A DNA stretch of 64,000 bases from a virus: IMG/VR virus record IMGVR_UViG_3300042010_000040, positions 28,348-92,347 of that record; one strand, given 5' to 3'. Made by a program: the position numbers and the translations under genes. Each line of letters begins with the position of its first letter. Position 1 is the stretch's first letter. The notes under the pieces are model-generated. The model had not been told where the DNA came from. It did no database searches and saw only the letters and a list, made by a program, of their open reading frames with translations. This document shows positions 45,717 through 54,469 of this stretch, piece by piece.

Positions 45717-45925
45717 ATGATTTCAATAGTTGGGAAGAAGTAGCTGCATACCTACAAGCTAATCAATACAATGCAGTGGATGTTGGCGGTGTATTCTGGT
45801 ATTCAGAAACTCATAGTTGCTGTTATGATGATTGTCAGTGTGAGGAAGATTATAATTCTGTGGTAGAAACTTTAGCATCTATTCAATATATGTGTGATGG
45901 ACTGCATGAGGTATGGAAACGATGA
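45713..45925 (+). CDS. Hypothetical protein
   Basis: Coupled ORF. Confidence 0.55.
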   Translation: MNDFNSWEEVAAYLQANQYNAVDVGGVFWYSETHSCCYDDCQCEEDYNSVVETLASIQYMCDGLHEVWKR

Positions 45926-46143
45926 GTTCTGAACGCTGCTCATGTGGAGCTAGGGAGAAGAATAAGTGTAACAAGGAGAGTGAACACAAGACAGGGAAGA
46001 TGTGTTTGAAACCTGAAGACACACTATTCATTAACTTTAGAGACACCTTAAGTGGTGGTTTCTGTGCTGACATAGATTATGAATCACAAGCTTGGCAGAA
46101 AGTGTTGAGTGATTGGGAAGGGTTTAAAATTGAGGAGAAGTAA
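45913..46143 (+). CDS. Hypothetical protein
   Basis: Coupled ORF. Confidence 0.55.
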   Translation: METMSSERCSCGAREKNKCNKESEHKTGKMCLKPEDTLFINFRDTLSGGFCADIDYESQAWQKVLSDWEGFKIEEK

Positions 46144-46626
46144 ATGTTAGTTGAAATGGACAAGGAGATGCTGTCTGCACTAATCAAGGGTTGTGATCCA
46201 GCCTATGAGATTATGGATCATCCGTTGATTAAGTCTAAAGGTTATTATTCAGGTGGGCACAGTGACAGATGGAACTGGAACCATTCTTTTGGAGATTGTA
46301 CAGAGGAACAGTTGTGGGAGACGTATCAACTTCTACAGAATCCTGCACCTTACAAAGATAAATCAAAAGTTTATGGTGGTCCTTGCTCCATTAATGATCT
46401 GTATGACAGGTTGTATGCACTTGAAGGGGTCACTTGGGTTTATATTGAAGACCACAACAACCTAGACGTTACAATCACAGTTGAGGGTGGGAGTGATGAA
46501 CAGATTGCTAATGTACTGTGTAACAGCTTACCTATGATGTGTAGGACTCTTGGTAATTACCAAGTCTCAACTATGTTGGTAGGGTATTTGATTACTTATC
46601 GTATTTACAGGAAGATGCAAGAATGA
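46144..46626 (+). CDS. Protein whose C-terminal half resembles a baseplate J segment
   Basis: LY..L..LEGV..V.I...VEGG.DEQIAN.L....P......GN..VS aligns by eye with 3510..4949. Confidence 0.6.
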   Translation: MLVEMDKEMLSALIKGCDPAYEIMDHPLIKSKGYYSGGHSDRWNWNHSFGDCTEEQLWETYQLLQNPAPYKDKSKVYGGPCSINDLYDRLYALEGVTWVYIEDHNNLDVTITVEGGSDEQIANVLCNSLPMMCRTLGNYQVSTMLVGYLITYRIYRKMQE

Positions 46627-46868
46627 ATCAAACAATTGAAGAACGTATGTTGAATATAGAACAAGAGCTATCAGAGATTAGGAAGGAATTGGAGGAGAGT
46701 TTGGCGAGGTATAAGAACAAACATTATCCATTTAATGCTGACTTAGATCCTATGACTGCTACAGGATATGGTCTGAGATACCTTGCTCAAGAAGCTAGTA
46801 TAGACTTTGATGCACTGGATACTGATGAACAAGTGAGGAAGTCTTTAAATGAAACCACTAATCCTTAA
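46623..46868 (+). CDS. Small protein with baseplate wedge core motif
   Basis: DPMTATGYGLRYLA...DTDEQVR versus DPNSATGIALDNLV...ETDEELR in baseplate J. Confidence 0.55.
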   Translation: MNQTIEERMLNIEQELSEIRKELEESLARYKNKHYPFNADLDPMTATGYGLRYLAQEASIDFDALDTDEQVRKSLNETTNP

Positions 46869-47349
46869 AACCCCAGAAGGGCTATATGTCTGTGAAATAC
46901 CAATTGAGAATGAACCAGAAGACGGGGCATCTGATAGAGAATGGTGGATATGGGCAGCTTGTGGTGTTGGTAGAACACCAACAGAGGCTTATGATAATTG
47001 GCTGAAGGATTGGGAGGAGGTGGTGTGAATATTAAACAACAGCTATTTGAAGATTGGTACGTAACAAACAGGTCTGGTCCTGATATAGATGTTTATGACG
47101 ACCTTAAGCTTGGGGACGATGGTGAGTACTATTATCAAGAAACTTATTGGATGTATCGGGCGTTTAAAGCTGGGCAAGTGCTGAGAGTGTATGAAGAATG
47201 ACACAAGAAGAAATTGATGAAGACGAAGATATGTATTATTGCTGGGAGGAACAGGTCTGGTTAGAGAATAGGTTGTTCTATGAATATGATTTAGAACATT
47301 TGGAAGAATTAAATAAGCGAGAGCGACACCCAACGAAGGAGAAACGTAG

Positions 47350-47547
47350 ATGAGAATCTTAAGTAGCGAACATGCTGATGTTATTAGAAAACAGATTGTT
47401 GATGAACACCTAATGCCTACATACGAGAGGTTTGGAAGTGGTGTTTATGAAGCACACTTTGAAATTAATGGTATCAGGTATGATTTCACTAAATATGAAG
47501 GGTTGTCTTCGGTTTGTTATGTTGAAGTGATAGAGGAGGAAGTATGA
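47350..47547 (+). CDS. Hypothetical protein
   Basis: AAGGAG SD. Confidence 0.55.
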   Translation: MRILSSEHADVIRKQIVDEHLMPTYERFGSGVYEAHFEINGIRYDFTKYEGLSSVCYVEVIEEEV

Positions 47548-47750
47548 ATAACTGGAAACCAAGGGCACCACTAACACAAGAAGAAATAAACCAACTGCTG
47601 TCTTCTATCCAACTAAGGTCAACACCAGAAGACCCATGTGCTAAATATCCTGAGTTGTTGAAGATGAAAAGTAGGTATCGTGTTCAGTTTGGAGAGGGGC
47701 AACTGTACAAAGATTATAAACTTGCACAACAAAGGTTAGGGAAAGAATGA
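47544..47750 (+). CDS. Hypothetical protein
   Basis: GGAGG SD; coupled. Confidence 0.55.
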   Translation: MNNWKPRAPLTQEEINQLLSSIQLRSTPEDPCAKYPELLKMKSRYRVQFGEGQLYKDYKLAQQRLGKE

Positions 47751-48298
47751 CAGTTAAAACAATTGAATCTAGACACGAAGGTCTTACGGTCTTCGATGTT
47801 GAGACAGGAGAACTCCTTTACTATAAGAAGCCTAAAGCTGTAAAGGTGACAAGCTTTGACAAGTATGTTGGGATTGATACCAAATATCCCTACGAGTGTG
47901 TAACCAAGGACAGTCTGATTGAGTGCTTGTCTATAATGGATGGGTACATCAAGGATGAACCTTACCTTACTTCTCACAACCTTGTAGATGCACTGAACCA
48001 AAGTCTTATGACTCCTTTGGAGATGAGGTTAATCACTCATGTGGTTATGAACCTTGCAGGCTGGAATATCTATATCGGCACAGTCAAGGATTTATGCTCT
48101 TGTGGTATTACAGAGGCAAACATATCTAGATTGATTAAGGGACTAGAGCCTAATGGGGTTAGAGTAAAGAGCAGGAACAAACCTTACAGGGGAGATATAG
48201 TATTAGAAGTAAGCCCACACTATGGCTGGAAAGGAGATATTAGGTATCGAGAAATGAGGATGAATAGTTGGTATGGTGGTGAAATGTCATTGGACTAG
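47747..48298 (+). CDS. Putative winged-helix / RepL-like DNA-binding protein
   Basis: VDxETGE-like N-terminus (DVETGE), NISRLIKGL helix and SPHYGWKG C-terminal motif. Confidence 0.4.
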   Translation: MTVKTIESRHEGLTVFDVETGELLYYKKPKAVKVTSFDKYVGIDTKYPYECVTKDSLIECLSIMDGYIKDEPYLTSHNLVDALNQSLMTPLEMRLITHVVMNLAGWNIYIGTVKDLCSCGITEANISRLIKGLEPNGVRVKSRNKPYRGDIVLEVSPHYGWKGDIRYREMRMNSWYGGEMSLD

Positions 48299-48412
48299 AA
48301 ACGAACTCATCATTGGTGATGAATTGATACACCTACAAGCCCCTATTTCTGGGGCTGTTTGCATCTACTATACTTATTATACTTTAAGTAAGAGAAATAT
48401 TAATGGGGTTAT

Positions 48413-49405
48413 ATGGCTGATTTGAAAGACTTAATTGAAGATGGGGTGATGAAATATGATGGGTATGAAGGAACAGTATTTGGAAATCTAACAGTTGTAG
48501 GTTGGAATGGTTTATTCCGAAACCCAAAGAAATATATTGTATCTTGCTCTGTATGTAAAGAAGATCCCGAACTTCATGGAGAAGGTTTGTTTGCTATGTC
48601 CAAAGGACATTTAGTAAGAGGTTGTATTCCGTGTGGTTGTACAGATAAATGTAACTGGACAGAGGACCAGTACAAAGTAAGGGTAAATAGAGCATGTATT
48701 GAAAGAGGCTTAGTCTTTAAGGGTTGGTCAGGAGAATTTATTAACGCAAATAAAACAAAAGTGTTAGTGGACTGTCCAGATCATGGCGAGTTTTGGACAA
48801 TGACTATAAGCTATTTACTCATAGAAGGTGGTTACAAAGGTTGTGCTGGATGCTTTGCTATTCGCATGGGAGACTATAAAAGAAAAGATGATCAAGTTAT
48901 GATTGATACGTTTATGGCTTCTGGTGGTTATTCAGAAGGCACTAAGTTTACAAGAAGTGAAAGATTAGATAAACACGGACACTTAAAGTATTGGCACATG
49001 GAATGTCCTGACTGTAATACTTCAGGTGAGGGACATATAGTGGGGCTGTATAAGGGTAGTAGGTCTTGTGCCTGTGCAAATAGTAGACCTCAAGAGACAT
49101 ACATTAATCTGATTAAGGACGGAGAGAACATCATTGCCATAAAGTTTGGTGTGGCTAATACCTCACTAGAAAGGATTAAAAGGCAAAATTATACTTCTAT
49201 GTACGAACTTACTAATTATGGTGTTTGGACGTATCCTACAGTTAGACAGTGCAGGGATGCTGAGATAACTTGCAAGCGCAACTTAGAAACTGGTGTTTTA
49301 AGTAAGTTAGAAATGCCCGATGGATATACTGAAACTACTTTCCCCTCAAATATTGATCGAGTTATCGATATCTTTGAAGAGAATGGTGGTGTGAGAAATA
49401 TCTAA
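48413..49405 (+). CDS. Putative homing endonuclease (Zn-ribbons plus GIY-YIG-like C-terminus)
   Basis: CSVC, CPDHG, CPDC; YINLI...IKFGVAN..R and DGYTET. Confidence 0.7.
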   Translation: MADLKDLIEDGVMKYDGYEGTVFGNLTVVGWNGLFRNPKKYIVSCSVCKEDPELHGEGLFAMSKGHLVRGCIPCGCTDKCNWTEDQYKVRVNRACIERGLVFKGWSGEFINANKTKVLVDCPDHGEFWTMTISYLLIEGGYKGCAGCFAIRMGDYKRKDDQVMIDTFMASGGYSEGTKFTRSERLDKHGHLKYWHMECPDCNTSGEGHIVGLYKGSRSCACANSRPQETYINLIKDGENIIAIKFGVANTSLERIKRQNYTSMYELTNYGVWTYPTVRQCRDAEITCKRNLETGVLSKLEMPDGYTETTFPSNIDRVIDIFEENGGVRNI

Positions 49406-49420
49406 ACCCCTGTCAGAATT

Positions 49421-49449
49421 AGAAGCCCTCCTTGTGAGGGTTTTCTTTT
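49421..49449 (+). terminator. Intrinsic terminator ending the plus-strand region
   Basis: AAGCCCTC/GAGGGTTT stem plus TCTTTT. Confidence 0.75.
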
Positions 49450-49529
49450 GCGTATCTAGAAAATATGTCTGTAAGCCTTGAAAATACTGGATCTCTAGCT
49501 GAAGGTCTTAACACGCTCTGCCGTACCCC

Positions 49530-49547
49530 AGCAACTATCATGCCAAA
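49530..49547 (-). promoter_or_regulatory. sigma54 (-24/-12) consensus site 1
   Basis: TTGGCATGATAGTTGCT, GG-N10-GC. Confidence 0.6.
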
Positions 49548-49614
49548 TCCAGAAATATTGACAAATTCTATTAGAGGTCCCTTCACAGTAGTCCAACCCT
49601 ATCACCTCAATGGA

Positions 49615-49632
49615 AGCAACTAGTGTGCCAAG
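49615..49632 (-). promoter_or_regulatory. sigma54 (-24/-12) consensus site 2
   Basis: CTTGGCACACTAGTTGCT, GG-N10-GC. Confidence 0.6.
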
Positions 49633-49871
49633 CTAGGCTCATCGACAGGACCGCTCATCAGATACTAATAAACCACTTGACAGACTGACTAGAACATGGA
49701 TAAACACCTTTAGAGCAAATGCTCTTCAGGTATGGCCGCTTATGTTAAACTCGAGAGCCAGAGTTTAGACATCCTGTCAAGACATTTATTTCACCTATTA
49801 GCTACCCTGTATCCCTACCACACTTTACAAGGATACGTCAAGGGATTGTGTAGGTCAAGAGCATAGGGCAG

Positions 49872-49955
49872 CCTTACTGGTTAGTTATACAGCACTGTAC
49901 GTCAGTACAGGTGCATAATCTGCGCTCGGGAGAGCGCTATGCTTAACCAGTAAGG
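49872..49955 (+). other. Branched inverted-repeat structure (RNA or ssDNA)
   Basis: Perfect 12-bp closing stem CCTTACTGGTTA/TAACCAGTAAGG with two inner hairpins. Confidence 0.6.
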
Positions 49956-50105
49956 AAGTGTTGAGACACTAAAAGGAGTTGAATTACTATACTAATGGGT
50001 ACACTAATGTAGTCATAAAGACTAGGAGGAATGAAGCTTTGGGGGTATTTTGTAGTATCAACAGAAAGGATACTTAGGGGGCTTGTATTAATCTTGTTAA
50101 TAGGC

Positions 50106-50128
50106 TAAGCCCTCCATTGGAGGGCTAT
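50106..50128 (-). terminator. Terminator-like hairpin ending the early region
   Basis: AGCCCTCC/GGAGGGCT 8-bp stem just after the 50158 stop; weak U-tract. Confidence 0.5.
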
Positions 50129-50157
50129 ATAATAAACCTGCTAGAAGAGTTGTGACA

Positions 50158-50382
50158 TTATTTATCAAATGCCTCACTAGCCACTTTCTCAGCCAGTGTA
50201 ACAGCCTCGATGTAATCCATACCCGTTGCTCTCAAGGCATCATATGTAAGAGCCTTTAGCTTAGCGAACTTAGTGGCTTCTTCGATTGTATCAAAGCGTG
50301 CTTTGTCTCCGGGTTTAGCGAAGTGTGATGAGAATTCTTTGTCTGTAAGACCTGTCTTTGAGTTACGTTTTGAAGTGATCAT
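50158..50382 (-). CDS. Early hypothetical protein
   Basis: AAGGAG SD and its own promoter. Confidence 0.65.
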   Translation of the reverse strand: MITSKRNSKTGLTDKEFSSHFAKPGDKARFDTIEEATKFAKLKALTYDALRATGMDYIEAVTLAEKVASEAFDK

Positions 50383-50430
50383 GAAGAATCTCCTTGAAGG
50401 CTTGGAAGATTTTCTCTTCCTGTACGACAA

Positions 50431-50458
50431 AGAATAGCACAACCCTACCAGTGTGCAA
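50431..50458 (-). promoter_or_regulatory. Early sigma70 promoter
   Basis: TTGCAC-16-TATTCT with TG extension. Confidence 0.55.
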
Positions 50459-50672
50459 GGGGAATTTCTTCGATTATAGGAGATAATTTCTTTTAGACTA
50501 TTTCAAACGTAACAGGACTATACCACCCATGATCGCCAAGCATATGGAACACTTCATAATCATAAGCTCTGAATGAATAGGACCATAGAATCAAGCCGTT
50601 GATGTTCATTGGTACAGATACATTAAGCTTTTTCATTAGATTAGCTCCTGTATGAAAAGTTATTGATCCAAT

Positions 50673-50921
50673 CTATTGATTGATCCGCAGAGACCACTTT
50701 GAAGCATCAGGCCACAAGTACACAATAATGTCTTTATTCTCTTCTAACATCTCATTCTTCAAAGCTATTGCTTTCTCTTTCAATTCAGCATAAGAATAGG
50801 CATAAAGCTGTTTACTGCTAGCCTTCTTATCACCGTACCAAAGGTAGCCAGTGACCATGATTGAGCCAACGATCACACCACTTTCATCATCGTCTTTGAA
50901 CACATCATGAATGTTTGCCAT
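50673..50921 (-). CDS. Early hypothetical protein
   Basis: Operon packing. Confidence 0.6.
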   Translation of the reverse strand: MANIHDVFKDDDESGVIVGSIMVTGYLWYGDKKASSKQLYAYSYAELKEKAIALKNEMLEENKDIIVYLWPDASKWSLRINQ

Positions 50922-50923
50922 GA

Positions 50924-51130
50924 TTAAGCCACCTTCAGTTCATATTGACCGATGATGAAAGTGTTGTTGTAAGACAGGGCCACTTCAGCAGCGTAGATGT
51001 GATGACCTTCCAGAATGCCTTTAGCAATCAAAGACACAATGGTTTCTGTAGTGGTGAGGTGGTAGCCTTGAACACCGTTAAAAGCTTTGTTGGTCATTTT
51101 GATTTCTTGGTTGGCGAGGAAGGTTTTCAT
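50924..51130 (-). CDS. Early hypothetical protein
   Basis: GGAG SD directly behind a promoter. Confidence 0.65.
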   Translation of the reverse strand: MKTFLANQEIKMTNKAFNGVQGYHLTTTETIVSLIAKGILEGHHIYAAEVALSYNNTFIIGQYELKVA

Positions 51131-51169
51131 GTCTGCTGCTCCGTTGTGTGTTTCGTTCTCTGTATTAAG

Positions 51170-51198
51170 AGAATAGACCACTATCAGACATTGTGCAA
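51170..51198 (-). promoter_or_regulatory. Early sigma70 promoter
   Basis: TTGCAC-17-TATTCT with AT-rich UP region. Confidence 0.65.
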
Positions 51199-51457
51199 GG
51201 AATTTCTGAAGAAAATCTAAAGAAATTTATCATTTATTTTCAATGAACCACTTTAGTGCCACTTTAGTGGACAACCATCTGCAAGCTCTTAGCATAGCTA
51301 GAGGCTGGATAGCCTTCCACTTCGTCTTTCCATGTTCTATGGTAGACAGGCTGAGGTTTATTGGAGGCTACATCTTCTTGAATAAAGATTTTGTAGAAGA
51401 CTATTAAAGAGATGATCATGATAGCTTCCTTATATTGTAATTCATTAACGAATCTAT

Positions 51458-51646
51458 TTATTCCACGTAATAACAATCAGACTCTTTATAGCCCTTCTTA
51501 CTCATATACTCACGTTCAAGCTTAGCACATTGCTCAAAGGCTTCGTTCTCTTCCTGTTGTGTGCTAACAGACCAAGAGGTTGGTTCGTAAGCATCACATT
51601 GGTTAGGAGATGAACACAAAGCGACATACAAGAGAATAGTGTACAT
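51458..51646 (-). CDS. Small Cys-containing hypothetical protein
   Basis: AAGGA SD. Confidence 0.55.
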   Translation of the reverse strand: MYTILLYVALCSSPNQCDAYEPTSWSVSTQQEENEAFEQCAKLEREYMSKKGYKESDCYYVE

Positions 51647-51688
51647 GAGAATCTTCCTTATTTGAGAGGGATTAATCTTGGTTGAGTC

Positions 51689-51835
51689 TTACACTAACAC
51701 AAAACCATAAAAGCTATGCTCCAACCTCATCCCGTGAATCTTTGCCACTTGTTTGTAGAACATCATAGCATCATTACTACGGATTGCAACAGGGATTTTA
51801 TGAGACATTGCAAACAGCTTGATGATGGTTTTCAT
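51689..51835 (-). CDS. Early hypothetical protein
   Basis: AAGGA SD behind a promoter. Confidence 0.55.
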   Translation of the reverse strand: MKTIIKLFAMSHKIPVAIRSNDAMMFYKQVAKIHGMRLEHSFYGFVLV

Positions 51836-51869
51836 GTCTACGTTCCTTGTGTTTTGTTTGGTATGGCTC

Positions 51870-51898
51870 ATTATGTTCCTATTCACCACACCAGTCAA
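51870..51898 (-). promoter_or_regulatory. Early sigma70 promoter
   Basis: TTGACT-17-CATAAT. Confidence 0.7.
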
Positions 51899-51934
51899 CA
51901 ATTATTTTAGGCATTTCGCAGTCTATTTAGACAT

Positions 51935-52761
51935 TCAACCCTCTTGATAAAATTTAGTTGTGACTCTTCCAAACATTAGGTCTGATTCTATCTCATTTAC
52001 CAACTTAAGTAGAGCATCTTCAACCTCACATCTATAAAACACCTCTTTTCTGTATCTATCCAATACTTCTAACAACCTATTAATTTTAGCTTTTTGCCAA
52101 GCCTTGTGGGCTTCTGTTTCACTAGTAAATGACCCAAGCCCCGTATAACCCTTATCTGATTTTATTGATGCTTGAAACTTGCTAGCTTTGCTGGATTTAG
52201 ACACACCCATGAGCATGTCAGACTTTGGGTGCTTCCTAACGAGATTGTTTATATAAGATGATACAGCAACACATGTTTCTGGTGAATAGGTGTTGCTATC
52301 TGGAAACAGTATATCTTTATCAATTTGCAGTGATATATTTGTGTCATATACAGCATGATTTTGATACCACTCAGCAAAGTTTTGAAAGTTGTGCCAATAC
52401 TCGCACACTTCTACACCTTTAGCTCCATATGTATAATAAGAAGGGTTCGTTTCACTGTAGCACCTTTCTATAATGCCTTTCCATATCTGGTGCACTGGGT
52501 TTTCGGACCTCTTCCTACCTCCGAGGTTTTAAATCTAGATGTATGTTCACCTACACCCATAAAACCCACACCCGCAATTAAGCGGGCAAAAGGGTCAGCA
52601 ACCAAACCACTGTTGATATTCTGGGCGCTGGTCACACGCTCGTAGCCAGTGTTCAAGAACCTAACATAGACTTCAGGACCACTTACTATTTTTGTTATGA
52701 CTAGCTCACCACACCGTTTGGTCTGGAAAATGTCCCCTTCTTTGTACGAACCTCTTTTCAT
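51935..52761 (-). pseudogene. HNH homing endonuclease split by a frameshift
   Basis: N-terminal half (52468..52761) and catalytic half (W..IIERCY, IDKDIL, YSPETC) overlap in the -1 frame. Confidence 0.7.
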
Positions 52762-52781
52762 TTCATCCTCATCATATTAGT

Positions 52782-53072
52782 TTATTGATTAGTACCACTA
52801 TAATAACCATCCCCACCACTATTCCCTGTCCGTTTGCTCCAAAGATCATCAGCACCGTATTCTTCCAATGTATTCTCCACTCTATCCCAGCTCTGAAACT
52901 TACTCGTCCACTGATACAGCTTCTTAGTCTTACGATCAAGTCTGTAGAGGTCTGGAACCTCGTTGAAGTTAACAAACCAGATTGTGTTATCCTCTACATA
53001 TGAGCACTCAAGCTTTATATCGTTGTAGTAGTCGTGAGATATCTTGTATAGATTGCCTTCTTTAAAGTTCAT
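52782..53072 (-). CDS. Hypothetical protein
   Basis: ORF in the early operon. Confidence 0.6.
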   Translation of the reverse strand: MNFKEGNLYKISHDYYNDIKLECSYVEDNTIWFVNFNEVPDLYRLDRKTKKLYQWTSKFQSWDRVENTLEEYGADDLWSKRTGNSGGDGYYSGTNQ

Positions 53073-53093
53073 AAGGATACCACCATGATTATT

Positions 53094-53324
53094 TTACCTC
53101 TTTTCATAAAACTTCTTGACTGTAACGTTAGTGTAGTCTTCAAGTTTGTAGTACTTGAGGATGCCTGAATGAGGTTTCAGCATTCCTAGTACTGGGTGAT
53201 GATTGTATTCGATTGTGTAGGTTTTAGACACAGGATCAGTGCTAACACTGTAGTCATTAATCCCATCATCTGAATAGAGATAGTGGATTCTATCTCTATG
53301 TTCAAGAACAGTAACATTCTTCAT
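53094..53324 (-). CDS. Hypothetical protein
   Basis: Coupled to the upstream micro-ORF. Confidence 0.6.
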   Translation of the reverse strand: MKNVTVLEHRDRIHYLYSDDGINDYSVSTDPVSKTYTIEYNHHPVLGMLKPHSGILKYYKLEDYTNVTVKKFYEKR

Positions 53325-53443
53325 TCTGGGAGATACTTGCCGAAGGTGCAGAAGTAGGTCCAGTTGATGCTGTTAGCTTTCTTGATATCACCAGCTTCAC
53401 GGGCTTTGTTGAAGGAGGTTTCGAGGTTGGCTTGAATGTTCAT
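53321..53443 (-). CDS. Early micro-protein (40 aa)
   Basis: AGGA SD directly behind a strong promoter; MNIQANLETSFNKAREAG... Confidence 0.6.
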   Translation of the reverse strand: MNIQANLETSFNKAREAGDIKKANSINWTYFCTFGKYLPE

Positions 53444-53483
53444 TTTCTGGCTTCCTGAGTGGTTTGCTGTCTTGATAGGTTAG

Positions 53484-53512
53484 ATTCTACACACCCACTG
53501 AAGACGTGTCAA
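53484..53512 (-). promoter_or_regulatory. Early sigma70 promoter
   Basis: TTGACA-17-TAGAAT with UP element. Confidence 0.8.
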
Positions 53513-53571
53513 CAAATTAAATCAAATTCTTTTCGAGATAAATGAGAGCCTCTTGATGGGTATTAAACCAC

Positions 53572-53775
53572 TCAAGACCAGCATACAGCCAGCCTGAAGG
53601 TGTCATACTCCAACCTAAGACAATCCACTGATCGTTGTCCTCTACAATTTCCATCATTCTTTCTCCCAATTCCTTTTAAGACTTCTCTCAGTGCTATAGC
53701 CTCGCTTCTTGTTTTTACCGCCTGTGTCATAGTGGTCTGCACACTTTTGCTTAGCTGAAGAACGCTTGCGTTCAT
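53572..53775 (-). CDS. Hypothetical protein
   Basis: ORF in the early operon. Confidence 0.5.
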   Translation of the reverse strand: MNASVLQLSKSVQTTMTQAVKTRSEAIALREVLKGIGRKNDGNCRGQRSVDCLRLEYDTFRLAVCWS

Positions 53776-53805
53776 ATTTCTGGAATGATTCTTGTGTGTA
53801 GGTGC

Positions 53806-53997
53806 TCATTTGATATTGTCCAGTTTAATTGCTTTAGCTACCACTTTCATACGTTCCATACAATAGTCCAGAGTTGCTGCTACAAGCAGACTACCATCAG
53901 GTTCACGAATCTCAGCATAGATGCTGTTTTGATGGTCACGTTTACCATATCGGATGTTTGTAATTACAGCATCATGGTACTTATCTGTCCAGTTCAT
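53806..53997 (-). CDS. Hypothetical protein
   Basis: AAGGT SD. Confidence 0.55.
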   Translation of the reverse strand: MNWTDKYHDAVITNIRYGKRDHQNSIYAEIREPDGSLLVAATLDYCMERMKVVAKAIKLDNIK

Positions 53998-54253
53998 TTC
54001 GTTTCTACCTTATTACGATATACCAGAATAAATCCAAACAGCTTGTAGTCTTCCATGGTCCAAGTCTTACCATACCGCTCATATTTCATGTAAACTTTAC
54101 GAGTAATCATTTCAACATCTCCAATTCAATCGTCTGTTTTGTGTTATACATCGGAACACATGTCCAATGCCCATTGTCACGGAATAATTTAGCAGCTATG
54201 CCTTGGGAAAGGAATGTGTAGGCTTGTTGAAAAGATTGGTGAGTGTTCATCTC

Positions 54254-54469
54254 TCAGTCCTCATAATCTGCTTGACAATGCATAAAGGATTCATGTTGGC
54301 AGGTGTCACACGCAGAGCCTTGACCACGGTTAATCATCACCATTGCGTGACAAGACGAGCATACAGGAAACTCTCCTTGTTCATCTACTTGGTAGGTTTG
54401 ATAGTGACCAAATCCGTTATCTTGAACATCATAAAAGAAACCTTCAAAGTTATCCATGTCACACCTCAC
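54254..54469 (-). CDS. Small Zn-finger-like protein
   Basis: CSSC and CDTC motifs. Confidence 0.5.
   Translation of the reverse strand: MRCDMDNFEGFFYDVQDNGFGHYQTYQVDEQGEFPVCSSCHAMVMINRGQGSACDTCQHESFMHCQADYED

Noticed and set aside
49450-50150. CRISPR-like or iteron array in the long non-coding region
   Set aside because: No regularly spaced direct repeats seen, only isolated inverted repeats and promoter-like motifs
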